Below are positions 19,345 through 29,795 of a DNA stretch of 64,000 nt, in pieces. Location of the stretch: positions 1 to 64,000 of the forward strand of contig CAVOYH010000004.1 of assembly GCA_963700635.1 (NCBI GenBank), written 5' to 3'. Both the position numbers and the translations under genes were made by a program. The DNA comes from an uncultured Bacteroidota bacterium (GTDB lineage: Bacteria; Bacteroidota; Ignavibacteria; UBA10030; UBA6906). The notes under the pieces are model-generated. The model made no database searches. It saw only the letters and a list, made by a program, of their open reading frames with translations, and was not told where the DNA came from. Within the stretch, counting starts at the first letter, position 1, and each line of letters begins with the position of its first letter.

Positions 19345-21601
19345 GGGAGTATTCCCCCTGCGCGGCGCATCATGGTTCTGGATGCTCACCATTCTCCTCG
19401 TTGTGTTCGCGCCAGGCGCCCGGGCACAGAAAGGAGCATATCTGGCAGATATCCGGACCGCTGCCGAAAAATCCTGGCGGGAGATGCCGGCCTTGCTGGA
19501 ACAGTGGAAACAGGATCCCCGCCATAGTGTGCTGTGGGGATACAACTCGCCGGCCCACCCGTTGTATCTCGCCGGGACATTCGGATATCTTTACAGATTG
19601 ACGGGGGAGAACATATACGCCGAGCGTGCAGTTGCGCTCCTGAGTGCGTACGGCGATCTGCGGGCAACCCTGCCTCCCGGGTTCGCTTCCGGACGTGTGG
19701 AATACAGTGCGGGAGTACCCGCGGTGTCGAATTTCTTCTTCCTCCCTCCGTATGCGCGCGCGGTTCGTGATATCCAGGGGAGCCCTGCGCTGAACCCTGC
19801 CGCCCGTGCGAAGATTTCCCGTGATCTTGGTGAGAGTATTGAATTTGTGTTTCGTTTCCCGGAATGGGGCGCACATAATCGTGCCATGTTGCGGGCGGAG
19901 GCCTTGCGAATTGCCTGTGACGCGCTTCCCGACCATCCCGGCGTCCCTCGGTGGCGCCAGATGGCGGCTGCTATTGCCGGCGATAATCTCCGGCACTGGG
20001 AAATTGAAGATGCCACCGTGTACCACCCTGTCTGGCTACATGCCGTCCTCTCCTATGCCGAGGCGGCCGGCCATCCAGAAGTTCACCGATCGGCGATGAT
20101 GCGTTATTATATGGAGTACTTCACCCGGTTGATCGCCCCGTCCGGGTTAATCCCCGATTTCGGGGACGCATACTGGGAGTCTTCGCTGGAGGGACTTCGA
20201 ATGGTGGCGGTTTTCGAACGAGGGGCTGCGGTTTTTCAGGACCCTGCCATAAAATGGGCGGCGCACGAGTTGTACAGCAGCGGCAAAAAACGTCTCGATA
20301 CGCTCGGTATCGGAGCGGCGTATTATTTGTGTGACGCGCACCGCTGGGCGGATGAAGGTGTTTCCCGCATCCGTCCAGAAGGGGGAAGCGAGGAAGTGCT
20401 GGACGATTGTATCGGGAAGAAGGTGGTCTTTCGAAACGGTTGGGACTCAGCCAGCACATACATGCTGCTAAACTACCGGGATGAGGGCGACGGAGGATGG
20501 CTCGGCAGGACATACCTCCGCAACACGATCTCGGTGGAAGAAGAAAAAATGCATCATGGACACGCGGATGAGAACAGTATCGTGTTGCTCATGGATCAGG
20601 GATCGGTTCTTCTGCATGATGCGGGATACCGGAACGACCTGCCGAGTGGACCGTTTGGCGCATGGAGGCAGGACTACTTTCACAACCGGCTTGTCGCACG
20701 ATCGGGCAAGCGCGATGCGCGGCAGAGCGTTCTCTCCTTTGTGCAGAATTCAGGCGCCTACCGTTCTGTGCGCACGCAGAAGATTGATTTTGTCAGGCTG
20801 CGCGACGTGGATATGAGCCGCACCCGGGTCGTTGATGAAGCCCTCGGGTATTCCTGGGATCGCGTTGTGGCGTATGACGGGGTTTCCGGAATATTTGTTG
20901 TTGTGGATGGAGTCCGTGTTCTGCGTCCCGATTACTATACGTTTACAAATTTCTGGCATGCAGGTGTCGTACTCGATACCGGCCGCCATTCCTATGTGAT
21001 CGGCGTAGATTCAATCGGTTCCACCGCCCTGCCGCGCACCAGAGCGCTCCGGCTCCTCTTCCTGGAACACAATGCCAAGACCGAGGGGCGTGAGCCGATC
21101 AGCAGACACTTCCGCACTGAGCAGGCAATCACTCAGAGTGTCTCGAGTCAGTATAAAACAGGAGATATGGAGGTCTTTGTCACCATCCTGGTCCCCGGAG
21201 ATCGGAGGATGCGGGCGGATGATCCCCCGCGTGTGGAACTGATCCCGACATCTCCGGCGATGCAGGCGGTCGCGGTGACGTACGACTATCGAGGTATCCG
21301 CCGGACGATCGGCGTTAAGCTCGACCTCGAATCCGAGATTGCGCGGGACAACATCCGGCCCCGGTATCTCTACGACCTCGGCCGTGTCGCCTATGGTGCA
21401 TGTGAGACCGACGCCCATTTCTTCGTGCTCCGTGAAGAGGGCGGGAAGAGTTCCGTGTCAGCGGTCAACGTGCTGAAGTTCATCCATCGGGGCACCACCA
21501 TGATGTCCGCGCTTCCCAATACGCACGGCCTGCAGCTGGATGGAGGAGGGGCACGCGTGGGATATTCGAAGTGGAGGGTATTCGAAAGCCAGGACGAGTG
21601 A
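19328..21601 (+). CDS. Secreted heparinase II/III-like (toroid plus beta-sandwich) protein
   Basis: Signal peptide ending ARA-Q; HNRAM, EDATVYH, IPDFGD, VFRNGW, HHGHADENSI, DAGY, YFHN. Confidence 0.65.
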   Translation: MQLNSEGVFPLRGASWFWMLTILLVVFAPGARAQKGAYLADIRTAAEKSWREMPALLEQWKQDPRHSVLWGYNSPAHPLYLAGTFGYLYRLTGENIYAERAVALLSAYGDLRATLPPGFASGRVEYSAGVPAVSNFFFLPPYARAVRDIQGSPALNPAARAKISRDLGESIEFVFRFPEWGAHNRAMLRAEALRIACDALPDHPGVPRWRQMAAAIAGDNLRHWEIEDATVYHPVWLHAVLSYAEAAGHPEVHRSAMMRYYMEYFTRLIAPSGLIPDFGDAYWESSLEGLRMVAVFERGAAVFQDPAIKWAAHELYSSGKKRLDTLGIGAAYYLCDAHRWADEGVSRIRPEGGSEEVLDDCIGKKVVFRNGWDSASTYMLLNYRDEGDGGWLGRTYLRNTISVEEEKMHHGHADENSIVLLMDQGSVLLHDAGYRNDLPSGPFGAWRQDYFHNRLVARSGKRDARQSVLSFVQNSGAYRSVRTQKIDFVRLRDVDMSRTRVVDEALGYSWDRVVAYDGVSGIFVVVDGVRVLRPDYYTFTNFWHAGVVLDTGRHSYVIGVDSIGSTALPRTRALRLLFLEHNAKTEGREPISRHFRTEQAITQSVSSQYKTGDMEVFVTILVPGDRRMRADDPPRVELIPTSPAMQAVAVTYDYRGIRRTIGVKLDLESEIARDNIRPRYLYDLGRVAYGACETDAHFFVLREEGGKSSVSAVNVLKFIHRGTTMMSALPNTHGLQLDGGGARVGYSKWRVFESQDE

Positions 21602-21655
21602 TGAGGGACTGGCCAACGGGAACGGGAGATCGAGCATGACAGAAAGAAGAGGTGC

Positions 21656-22486
21656 ATGATGGTGACAGGGAAAGAAGTACGAATGCAGCGCATCTGGAAA
21701 CACCGTCGCGCAGTGATCGTACCGTATGACCATGGCGGGTTTGGCGGACCGCAGGCAGGAATTGAAGATCTTCTGCGGCTGACGGAACGGCTCGCGCGCA
21801 CGAAAGCAGACGGCATTCTCGTTTCCGCCGGTATCCTCCCTCACATCGCCCCTGCAGTCGGACAACTGGGCATTGTGGCGCGGCTGGACGGCGGGTTTAC
21901 ACGGTTTGCAACCGATGTGAGCGACTATGAACAACTCTGGTCGGTCAGCGATGCCGTTACCCTCGGTGCTGATGCCGCAATTGTCTTCACCTTCGTGGGT
22001 ACTTCCGTGGAACGACATTCACTGCACCGTTTGGGTGCAGCGGCTGTGGACGCCCATGCCCGGGGTGTGCCCCTGATCTCTGAGATTATTCCTCCCAGCC
22101 TGCTCAACAACCACTTTGGCATGACCATCTTTCCGAAGCCTTCAAAGAACGCCAACATCAGCGAGGAAATCAGCCGCACGATTCGCATCGGGGCGGAAGC
22201 CGGGGCGGATATAATCAAGACCCGGTACAACGGCAATCCCGATCAGTTCCGACGGGCGGTGAAGGCGTGTCCTGCAAAAGTGATTGTCGCGGGAGGCCCC
22301 CTTGCATCCGGGTCGGATGATGCGGTTCTTGAACTTGCAGCAGAGTGTGTTCAGGCCGAAGCCGATGGCATCATCTTCGGGCGCACCGTGTGGCAACATC
22401 CGAAAATGGAGAAGCTGATTGCGGCCCTCTGTGCCATTGTGCATGAAGAGGACAGCGTCACACACGCGCGGAAACTGCTGCGGTGA
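21656..22486 (+). CDS. Class I aldolase, DhnA/FbaB/LsrF family
   Basis: PYDHG, LGADA, Schiff-base lysine in GADIIKTRY, VAGG, GIIFGRTVWQ. Confidence 0.87.
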   Translation: MMVTGKEVRMQRIWKHRRAVIVPYDHGGFGGPQAGIEDLLRLTERLARTKADGILVSAGILPHIAPAVGQLGIVARLDGGFTRFATDVSDYEQLWSVSDAVTLGADAAIVFTFVGTSVERHSLHRLGAAAVDAHARGVPLISEIIPPSLLNNHFGMTIFPKPSKNANISEEISRTIRIGAEAGADIIKTRYNGNPDQFRRAVKACPAKVIVAGGPLASGSDDAVLELAAECVQAEADGIIFGRTVWQHPKMEKLIAALCAIVHEEDSVTHARKLLR

Positions 22487-23412
22487 TAACGACAATCACA
22501 TTGAACCCCATGCTCGACAAGACCGTCACGGTGCATCGTATTATTCCGGGCGGTATCACGCGGGCAGTACAGACACGAATGGTGGTGGGCGGCAAAGGGG
22601 TAAACGTGTCCCGCCAGCTCCGGACCCTCGGGGTAGAGACAACCGCCAGCGGTTTTCTCGGCGGCGAGATCGGGACCATCCTGGAGCGGCTCCTGGATGC
22701 AGAACACATGCGCCACTCTTTTGTGAGGGTTGCGGGCATGACGCGCGAGGGGGTGACGTATCTGGATGATGCCGGGGTTACGACCGGGGTCTTTGAACCG
22801 CCCCATGAAGTCACCGGGGCCGACGTCGGACGGCTCCTGGCGCACGGCGAACAGCTGGGAAAGGAAAGCACGTGGGTTGTGTGCTGCGGCAGTTCTCCGG
22901 AGCCGGTTGCCGATGGAGTCTACGCAGCTCTTATTCGCGTCATGCGTGCCCATGGCGTGTACACTGCTCTGGATTCGTACGGGAACGCACTCCGGGCCGG
23001 GCTTGAAGCGGTTCCGGATCTGCTCAAGGTCAACCGCCACGAGTGGGAACAGACGTTCGATGAATCTCTCGGTTCAGAAGAAACCGTCATTGGCGTGCTC
23101 AGGACCCTGCTGTATCGCGGGGTGCGCGTTGCGGTGTTGACCGACGGGGAACGGACATGTTACGCCGCCACAGGGTCATCCATCTGGAAGGTCAATCCTC
23201 CGACGGTGCAGGCCCTGAATGGGACAGGTTCGGGGGACAGCATGCTCGCGGCCATGCTCTTCGGTATCCTCCATGGGTGGGAATTCGAGACGCTTCTCGC
23301 GTTTGGGATTGCCGCAGGCGCTGCAAATGCGCGTGTCTGGGATGTGGCTGTTTCCCCGCGTGCCGATATCGATGCACTGTTGCCGCACATTCATTGTGAA
23401 AAGATCTGTTAA
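22483..23412 (+). CDS. 1-Phosphofructokinase/tagatose-6-phosphate kinase family (FruK/LacC-like PfkB)
   Basis: TITLNPMLD, GGKGVNVSR, GFLGG, LKVNRHE, GTGSGDSMLA. Confidence 0.88.
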   Translation: MITTITLNPMLDKTVTVHRIIPGGITRAVQTRMVVGGKGVNVSRQLRTLGVETTASGFLGGEIGTILERLLDAEHMRHSFVRVAGMTREGVTYLDDAGVTTGVFEPPHEVTGADVGRLLAHGEQLGKESTWVVCCGSSPEPVADGVYAALIRVMRAHGVYTALDSYGNALRAGLEAVPDLLKVNRHEWEQTFDESLGSEETVIGVLRTLLYRGVRVAVLTDGERTCYAATGSSIWKVNPPTVQALNGTGSGDSMLAAMLFGILHGWEFETLLAFGIAAGAANARVWDVAVSPRADIDALLPHIHCEKIC

Positions 23413-23447
23413 CGAACACTCTTCATTCATCAAGAAGGAAACCATCA

Positions 23448-25784
23448 ATGCCTGCGTTACACCAATACCTTACACAACTCACCACTCTGGAGCATACGCC
23501 CGGCGGCGCGCCGGTGGAACTCACGGTCGCACAGGAATTTACACAACACTGTAATAAGACCGTGGCAGTCCGGGCAACACCCGGAAACGCTGCCGGCGCA
23601 GGCAGCCTGCGGATAGGCGTGATTGCCGATCCTGCATCCGCCCGGGCCCTCCATCCGGCACTCGAGAAAAAAGAGCAGTGGATGATGCTGCGCTGCAAAG
23701 AAGGCGCCGGAGTGGAACTGTTTGCATCCCACACGCACCTGCTCTATCAGCTCTGGACTCTCGCGATCGAGGAGTGGCGTTCGACAGACATCGGCGCATT
23801 CCGCGCGGGGAAAATTGTGACCCCGACCTTTCCGGGAATGCGCCCAGTGTACGATATCTTTCTGACACAGGTCGCGCGGACATCGCGGCTGTTCAACAGG
23901 GAAGAGCACTTTCGGACCATGGCCCGGCTCGGCTCTTCGTATGCAGAGGTAAATGGTCTTGCGTTCCCCGTCCCCTTCGAAACCGGTCCGAAGGGAGAAT
24001 TGCTGCACCGGTTCTATACGTATTGCCCGGCGTTGGACCAGTTTGTCACCAGCCGGCTGAACAAGGGGTATTACGATCAGGACTATCTGCAGGCGAACCT
24101 GAACAATCTCAAGACCAACGCCGAGTATGCCCTGAAATACGGCCTTACACCGGGTCTGGTCAGTTTTGAACCGAGGTCGGTGCCGGACGAGTTGCTGCAG
24201 CGGTATCCTGTTCTCCGGGGAGCCAGGGTGGATCACCCGATGCGGAGTTTCCGGCCCCGTTATAACCTTTCCGTTGCGCATCCGGTTGTGCTCGATCATT
24301 ATGCCGAGATGATGGAAAATCTGATGCATGAAGTACCGGCTCTCGAATTCTTTTCTATCTGGTCCAACGACAGCGGCGCGGGATTCGAGTACACTAATTC
24401 ACTGTATGTCGGCCGCAACGGCGGAGGATATCTTGTCCGCGAATGGCTCGCAGCCAAAGATATTGCAGCCGCCGCTGCCATCAATCTGGTACGATTTATG
24501 AAAACGCTCCGTGACGCCGGCCGGAAGATCAACCCGCGATTCCGCACGCTTATCCGTCTGGAACCATTCTGGGAAGAACACGACCATATCTGGGGCCAGC
24601 TCGAAAACGGACTGGATGTCGAGGTGTCCTCTTTCCTGACCAAAGGCTGGGATCTTGCATACAAACATCCCAAATACGAGGAGGTGCCGCAGATACACGG
24701 GACGGCGTTGTATTGTACGTTCGTTGAACAGGAACGGGCGATCATACAGGACCTCGAACGGAAGGGCGCAGGAGCGGACGTCTATTTTGTCCCCGGCATC
24801 CTGGGTAACCACGAGCCCCTGATCGGGATTCCTTTCCCGGGTCTGGTCCATAAGAAACTTTATGAAATGGCCGACCGATCGGTCACCACTGCGGCATACC
24901 AGGGCGGTGTGACCCCGACCTCGTTCGCCCCGTATAACATCAACCAGGAAGTTATCCGTGCCTATCAGTTTGACCGCGACCTGGATCTTCAGGCATTGCT
25001 CCGGCGCAAAGCGGTGGAATGGATCGGTGAGGAACTTGCGAACGATCTGGTCAGCCTCTGGGCGCTGTCTGAGGAAGCATTCATGTCGTTCCCGCTTCCC
25101 ATCTGGATCTATTCCGGATGGAGCGTATGGTACCGGCTGTCGGTCCGCCCGATTGTTCCGAACATCGAGGCAATCCCCGAGGCCGAACGCGCATACTACG
25201 AAGACTTCCTGCTGGCTACCACCCACAATCGCACACGTGTCGACTTCCGGTACGATGTCGGGTTTGATCTTATCGAACCCCCGCGTGCGTGGAAGGCGAT
25301 CAAGCATATGGACGAAGATCTCTTCCCCGTCATGCTAAAAGCTGTTGCCCTTGCAGAATCCATGCTGAAGCGTGCGAAAACGGATCAGGCAAAGGCGTGT
25401 GCGCAGGATCAATATGACCGTATGCGGGCTCTCCTGTACTGGTACCGGACAGAATATGCAGTCACCGCCTGGGTGGCGGGGGTGCATACCTACATCGGGA
25501 GCACCGATGCCAAGGAACGGAAGATGTGCAGGGAACTGCTGCGGAAAGTGGTCCTGGATGATATTCAGAACACAAAAGACCTGCTCCATCTGTGGGAAAC
25601 TTCCCGGACGAACTGGCTCATCATCTCCGATGTCGGTGAGACCACGTTTATCTACTATAAGAACTTCGGAGAGTTGCTGAAGAAGAAGATCGCTGTCATG
25701 GCGGGACATGAGAATGATGAGCCGCACGTCGACCCCGACTTCCAATGGCGAGTTCCGGGTTTTCCGGACAAGGACAACGTATAA
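23448..25784 (+). CDS. Large hypothetical cytoplasmic protein (possible TIM-barrel hydrolase)
   Basis: 778-aa ORF with SD AAGGAA and host-like codon usage; no family motif recognised. Confidence 0.7.
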   Translation: MPALHQYLTQLTTLEHTPGGAPVELTVAQEFTQHCNKTVAVRATPGNAAGAGSLRIGVIADPASARALHPALEKKEQWMMLRCKEGAGVELFASHTHLLYQLWTLAIEEWRSTDIGAFRAGKIVTPTFPGMRPVYDIFLTQVARTSRLFNREEHFRTMARLGSSYAEVNGLAFPVPFETGPKGELLHRFYTYCPALDQFVTSRLNKGYYDQDYLQANLNNLKTNAEYALKYGLTPGLVSFEPRSVPDELLQRYPVLRGARVDHPMRSFRPRYNLSVAHPVVLDHYAEMMENLMHEVPALEFFSIWSNDSGAGFEYTNSLYVGRNGGGYLVREWLAAKDIAAAAAINLVRFMKTLRDAGRKINPRFRTLIRLEPFWEEHDHIWGQLENGLDVEVSSFLTKGWDLAYKHPKYEEVPQIHGTALYCTFVEQERAIIQDLERKGAGADVYFVPGILGNHEPLIGIPFPGLVHKKLYEMADRSVTTAAYQGGVTPTSFAPYNINQEVIRAYQFDRDLDLQALLRRKAVEWIGEELANDLVSLWALSEEAFMSFPLPIWIYSGWSVWYRLSVRPIVPNIEAIPEAERAYYEDFLLATTHNRTRVDFRYDVGFDLIEPPRAWKAIKHMDEDLFPVMLKAVALAESMLKRAKTDQAKACAQDQYDRMRALLYWYRTEYAVTAWVAGVHTYIGSTDAKERKMCRELLRKVVLDDIQNTKDLLHLWETSRTNWLIISDVGETTFIYYKNFGELLKKKIAVMAGHENDEPHVDPDFQWRVPGFPDKDNV

Positions 25785-26935
25785 CGTCTGACCGTCCATA
25801 TACTGTGGTTGTCGCGCCGGATTCTTTTAAAGGATCCCTCGACGCGCATGCGGTGTCGGCTGCCATCGGTGCAGGTGTGCATGATGTGCTGCCTCAGGCA
25901 CGGGTTCACCTGCATCCTGTCGCCGATGGGGGGGAAGGGCTGCTGGATGTTCTGCTCCCGGTGATGGGGGGTGAACGGTTGGAATCTGACGTGTGTGGGC
26001 CTCTTCCCGGTCAGCGTGTCCGTGCGCAATGGGGCTTCGTGAAACAGGAGGGGCTCGCGATCATTGAAATGGCGCAAGCCGCCGGATTGGGGCTGATCCC
26101 GATGGATCAGAGGGATCCGCGGATCACGACTACCTTCGGAGTGGGGGAACTGCTGATCGCAGCCCTCGATCATGGAGCACGTTCCGTTGTTATCGGTATC
26201 GGTGGAAGTGCGACCAACGATGGCGGAGCGGGCATGGCCCAGGCTCTCGGCGTCCGCCTGCTCAGCCGTGATGGGAACAGCATCGGGCCGGGCGGAGCAG
26301 CCCTCTGCGATGTGAGCCGGATTGACACGACGGCTCTGGATCTCAGACTGATGAGAACCACCGTCATTGTCGCCTGTGATGTGGAAAATCCGCTCACCGG
26401 GCCCGGGGGCGCAACCGCCGTGTACGGACCCCAGAAGGGAGCATCACCGGAGATCGTTGAGTACCTTGAACGTTGCCTCTGCCGGTATCGGGATCTTCTT
26501 CGCGAACAACTCGGCGTTGATGTGCAGAGTATTCCCGGGAGCGGTGCCGCGGGCGGATTGGGCGCCGGACTTGTTGTTTTCGGAAACGGCCAGCTCCGAT
26601 CCGGGATTGATCTGGTTCTGGATGTGACACGGTTTGATGAACGATTACACCATGCCGACGTGGTCATCACCGGGGAAGGCTCACTGGATGCGCAGACGCG
26701 ATGCGGGAAGGCATTGAGCGGTTTGCTGCGCAGGACCCGGGCTGCCGGAATCCCCGTCCTCGCCGTCGTGGGGCGTGTGGAAGGTGATCCCATGCTCCTG
26801 CGCGGTCCGGAGGGTTTTACGGATCTTATCACGCTGGTCAATGACCGGACCACTCCTGAGGAAGCGATGAAGCGTGCGGCGCCCCTTCTGCGCCAGAGGG
26901 CATCGACAATACTCCAGCGATTTGTCCGTCAGTAG
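25781..26935 (+). CDS. glxK: Glycerate kinase (GlxK/GarK family)
   Basis: APDSFKGSL, ADGGEG, IEMAQAAG, TTFGVGEL, GIGGSATNDGGAG, VYGPQKGA, GAAGGLG, TGEG. Start uncertain (ATA 25781 after AGGA, or ATG 25745). Confidence 0.92.
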   Translation: MTSDRPYTVVVAPDSFKGSLDAHAVSAAIGAGVHDVLPQARVHLHPVADGGEGLLDVLLPVMGGERLESDVCGPLPGQRVRAQWGFVKQEGLAIIEMAQAAGLGLIPMDQRDPRITTTFGVGELLIAALDHGARSVVIGIGGSATNDGGAGMAQALGVRLLSRDGNSIGPGGAALCDVSRIDTTALDLRLMRTTVIVACDVENPLTGPGGATAVYGPQKGASPEIVEYLERCLCRYRDLLREQLGVDVQSIPGSGAAGGLGAGLVVFGNGQLRSGIDLVLDVTRFDERLHHADVVITGEGSLDAQTRCGKALSGLLRRTRAAGIPVLAVVGRVEGDPMLLRGPEGFTDLITLVNDRTTPEEAMKRAAPLLRQRASTILQRFVRQ

Positions 26936-26945
26936 CAGGAGCACC

Positions 26946-27914
26946 ATGATTCGAGTGGGCATTATTGGGTGTGGCAGCATCGGGAAAGATCATGCCGCAT
27001 GCCTGGTTGCACGGCAGGATGTGGCGGTACAGGCGTTCTGTGATGCCGACGAAGAACGTGCGCGTTCCTTTGTGAAACGATTCGGTGGGGGATATACAAC
27101 CGCAGATCCACAGCGCGTGTTTCAAGATGGATCAATCGACGCGGTGTACATCTGTACGCGTAATGATTCACACGCATCGCTGGGTATCGATGCCGCGACC
27201 GCCGGGAAACATATCATGATGGAGAAACCGCTCGCGCTCACCGAACACGAATGTGCGTCCCTTGCCGAAACAGTGGTACAGCGCGGGGTGATCTTCATGA
27301 GCGCGTTCAAACTCCGATACGAACCGTCGGTAAAGCTGGCGCGTGCCCATGTGCCGTCCCCGCTCGTCAGTATTGCCCAGGTGACCGACAGCAGATGGCC
27401 CGACGACTTCTGGGGAAATGACCCGCTGCAGGGCGGAGGGAACGTCCTCTCTCAAGGATGTCATGCCGCTGACCTGCTCTTCCATCTCCACCAGAGTGAG
27501 CCGGAGAGCGTCATGGCATACGGAAGGAACGTTCACCATGGAAGTAATCCCATTGTTGACACACTCGCGGCGGCGGTCCATTTTGGAAACGGGAGTCTGG
27601 CGTCTCTTGTGGTGACAGATTGTGGGCGTACCCCGCTGGTCTCCAAGTTTTCCTTTCAGATTCTGGACGGACAAAGGACGGCGCATTTGTCGGATCGACT
27701 CAAGAAAGTCACGCTGGACGACGGGACACAGACCACCGTGAACGAAGCACCTGAAGAAATCGGCCTGCGTGCCGAAAATGACGACTTTATCGATGCTGTG
27801 CGCCAGGGGCGTCAGCCCGCGGTAACACTGGCTGACGGCGTCCGCGCAACGCGGCTCCTCCTGGCTGCACTCAGATCCTCTGCTTCCGGCAGGCTGGAAC
27901 ATGTGTCAGGATAG
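26946..27914 (+). CDS. Gfo/Idh/MocA family NAD(P)-dependent sugar oxidoreductase
   Basis: VGIIGCGSIG, IDAVYICT, GKHIMMEKPLA, GGG-x-QGCHAADL; SD AGGAG. Confidence 0.9.
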   Translation: MIRVGIIGCGSIGKDHAACLVARQDVAVQAFCDADEERARSFVKRFGGGYTTADPQRVFQDGSIDAVYICTRNDSHASLGIDAATAGKHIMMEKPLALTEHECASLAETVVQRGVIFMSAFKLRYEPSVKLARAHVPSPLVSIAQVTDSRWPDDFWGNDPLQGGGNVLSQGCHAADLLFHLHQSEPESVMAYGRNVHHGSNPIVDTLAAAVHFGNGSLASLVVTDCGRTPLVSKFSFQILDGQRTAHLSDRLKKVTLDDGTQTTVNEAPEEIGLRAENDDFIDAVRQGRQPAVTLADGVRATRLLLAALRSSASGRLEHVSG

Positions 27915-27917
27915 ACG

Positions 27918-29795
27918 ATGAACCTGCAATCATCCGAACGGCAGTGGCTCCTTCGCCTGGCACGGGAGGCGGGGGACCGCTTCTTCGACGCCCGGACGGG
28001 ACTCTGCCTTATCGGCAGAGACACGCTCTGGTATGCCGCGGGATTACTCTTTGATGAACACGAAGAGCGACGTGCATTTGCGAGGACGCTCATCTGTCGC
28101 ATCCGGGGCGGGGATGGAACACACACTCCTGCCACTATGCTGGCGTTGTTGTTCGGGCCCGGTGATACGCTGGATAAGCAGTGCAGCGCACACTTGGGTG
28201 CGGAGATCGCCGGAGAGCTCATCCGCGCTTCCGATGTCCAGTGGCGTGATGGAAATGTTAATCATCCCCTGGGCGCATACGCCACTCTTATTCTCGGGGG
28301 CGAGTATTGCGGAGCACCCTGGGCGACAGCGCTCGGGTACAAGCGCCTTCACGAGTTCCAGACAACAATCGGCGACCGTCGCTTCCGGGTCCGCCGGCAG
28401 GCAGAAATGTCGGAATATAACAGTCCCACCTATACCGCCCTCAACCTCGTGTTCCTCGGACTTATCGCGGAGTACGCGCGGGATGAACAATCGCGGGCGC
28501 TGGGGTTGTGGCTGGAACAACGACTCTGGCTGGATGTCGCCCTCCATTTTCATTACCCCAGCATGCAATTCGCCGGTCCTCATTCGCGTTCATATCAGGA
28601 AGACTCCACCGGCGGATTTTCGGCTCTCCACGCTGCTGTGCTCGCGGCAACAGGTCGTCCCCTGTACTGCGATCCATCGTTGTCCGAACGTTTCGAGCAT
28701 CCCTCGACATTGCTGCAATCAGGTCTGACCGGTATCACCCCCTTTCATATGACGGAAGAAGCGATGGATGTGATGTGGGAGAAGCCCTTGCCCCTTCACA
28801 TGCGGAAAACCACCTATTCCGAGCAGTATCATGAAAATGTGGTGGGTGCCGGTTTCTCATTTGACGATGAGGCATATCCGGGAGGTTGGCGGGACCTTAC
28901 CACCTACATGAATGCGGAATGGGCTCTCGGCACCGCTGCCCTGCCATACGTTAATGCCGGACACTCCGACTGCGTCATGGTAAGAATTCGCCGGTCACAT
29001 CACATTAAGAGCCCGCGCGATTTTCGCTCCCTGTACACCCGGGGGGTCTTTAACGGCTCGGTCGTAGGCCAAAAAAACCTTTGCCATGTGACGCAGGGTG
29101 CCATCGATGCCAGTTATCTGTATGAAGAGTCAAGGTGCGCGGTCTATCAACATCGTAACCGGGCGATCGTCCTGGCATGTCCGAAACGAGCCGGCCATCG
29201 GGGTATCCGGAGTTTCCGGCTGGATCTGATCGCCGGCTGGTCCGTCCCATTCGATCAGATGCTGCTCGGAGATTCACCGGTTGGCGAGTTGCCCGTTGAA
29301 GTGGACGCGCGGACCAGATTCTGTTTCCGTGATTTTCAAACATACGGCATGATTATCCCCCTGGTCCTTGCCCCTGCAGCACACCCGGCATCGCTCCGTC
29401 TCTGGACGGCGAACGGCCATATGATGGTCTCCCTGTACAATTATGACGGCCCTGCCCTGGATGTGTCACGCGATGAACTCACGGCCTGGAGAAACGGGTT
29501 CATTCTTCACCTCTCATCGGCCGAGGAGTGGGGGTCCTTTGAAGACTTTCATGGCTGGTCGAAGACAGTGCGTGTCACGGATATATGTACTGAGAGCCGT
29601 ATCCGCCAGATCGTGGTCGAATCCTCCGATGGCACCATGAAGGCGGAGTATGACCCCTGGCGCGAGGTTTTTCTCGCACGCACCTGGAATGGCATTGAGG
29701 AGGGGGTGGAACATCTTGAGATCCAGGCGGGTAAGGATGAACGCCCGCTCCTGTCGCCGCTGACGATCTTCGGATCGGAGGCACGGAACACGTGA
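27918..29795 (+). CDS. Cytoplasmic hypothetical protein, distantly related to the 2865/6699 paralogs
   Basis: NVNH, EYNSPTY and GPHSRSY match TENH, EFDSPTY and GGHSRDY of the secreted pair, in the same order. Confidence 0.7.
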   Translation: MNLQSSERQWLLRLAREAGDRFFDARTGLCLIGRDTLWYAAGLLFDEHEERRAFARTLICRIRGGDGTHTPATMLALLFGPGDTLDKQCSAHLGAEIAGELIRASDVQWRDGNVNHPLGAYATLILGGEYCGAPWATALGYKRLHEFQTTIGDRRFRVRRQAEMSEYNSPTYTALNLVFLGLIAEYARDEQSRALGLWLEQRLWLDVALHFHYPSMQFAGPHSRSYQEDSTGGFSALHAAVLAATGRPLYCDPSLSERFEHPSTLLQSGLTGITPFHMTEEAMDVMWEKPLPLHMRKTTYSEQYHENVVGAGFSFDDEAYPGGWRDLTTYMNAEWALGTAALPYVNAGHSDCVMVRIRRSHHIKSPRDFRSLYTRGVFNGSVVGQKNLCHVTQGAIDASYLYEESRCAVYQHRNRAIVLACPKRAGHRGIRSFRLDLIAGWSVPFDQMLLGDSPVGELPVEVDARTRFCFRDFQTYGMIIPLVLAPAAHPASLRLWTANGHMMVSLYNYDGPALDVSRDELTAWRNGFILHLSSAEEWGSFEDFHGWSKTVRVTDICTESRIRQIVVESSDGTMKAEYDPWREVFLARTWNGIEEGVEHLEIQAGKDERPLLSPLTIFGSEARNT

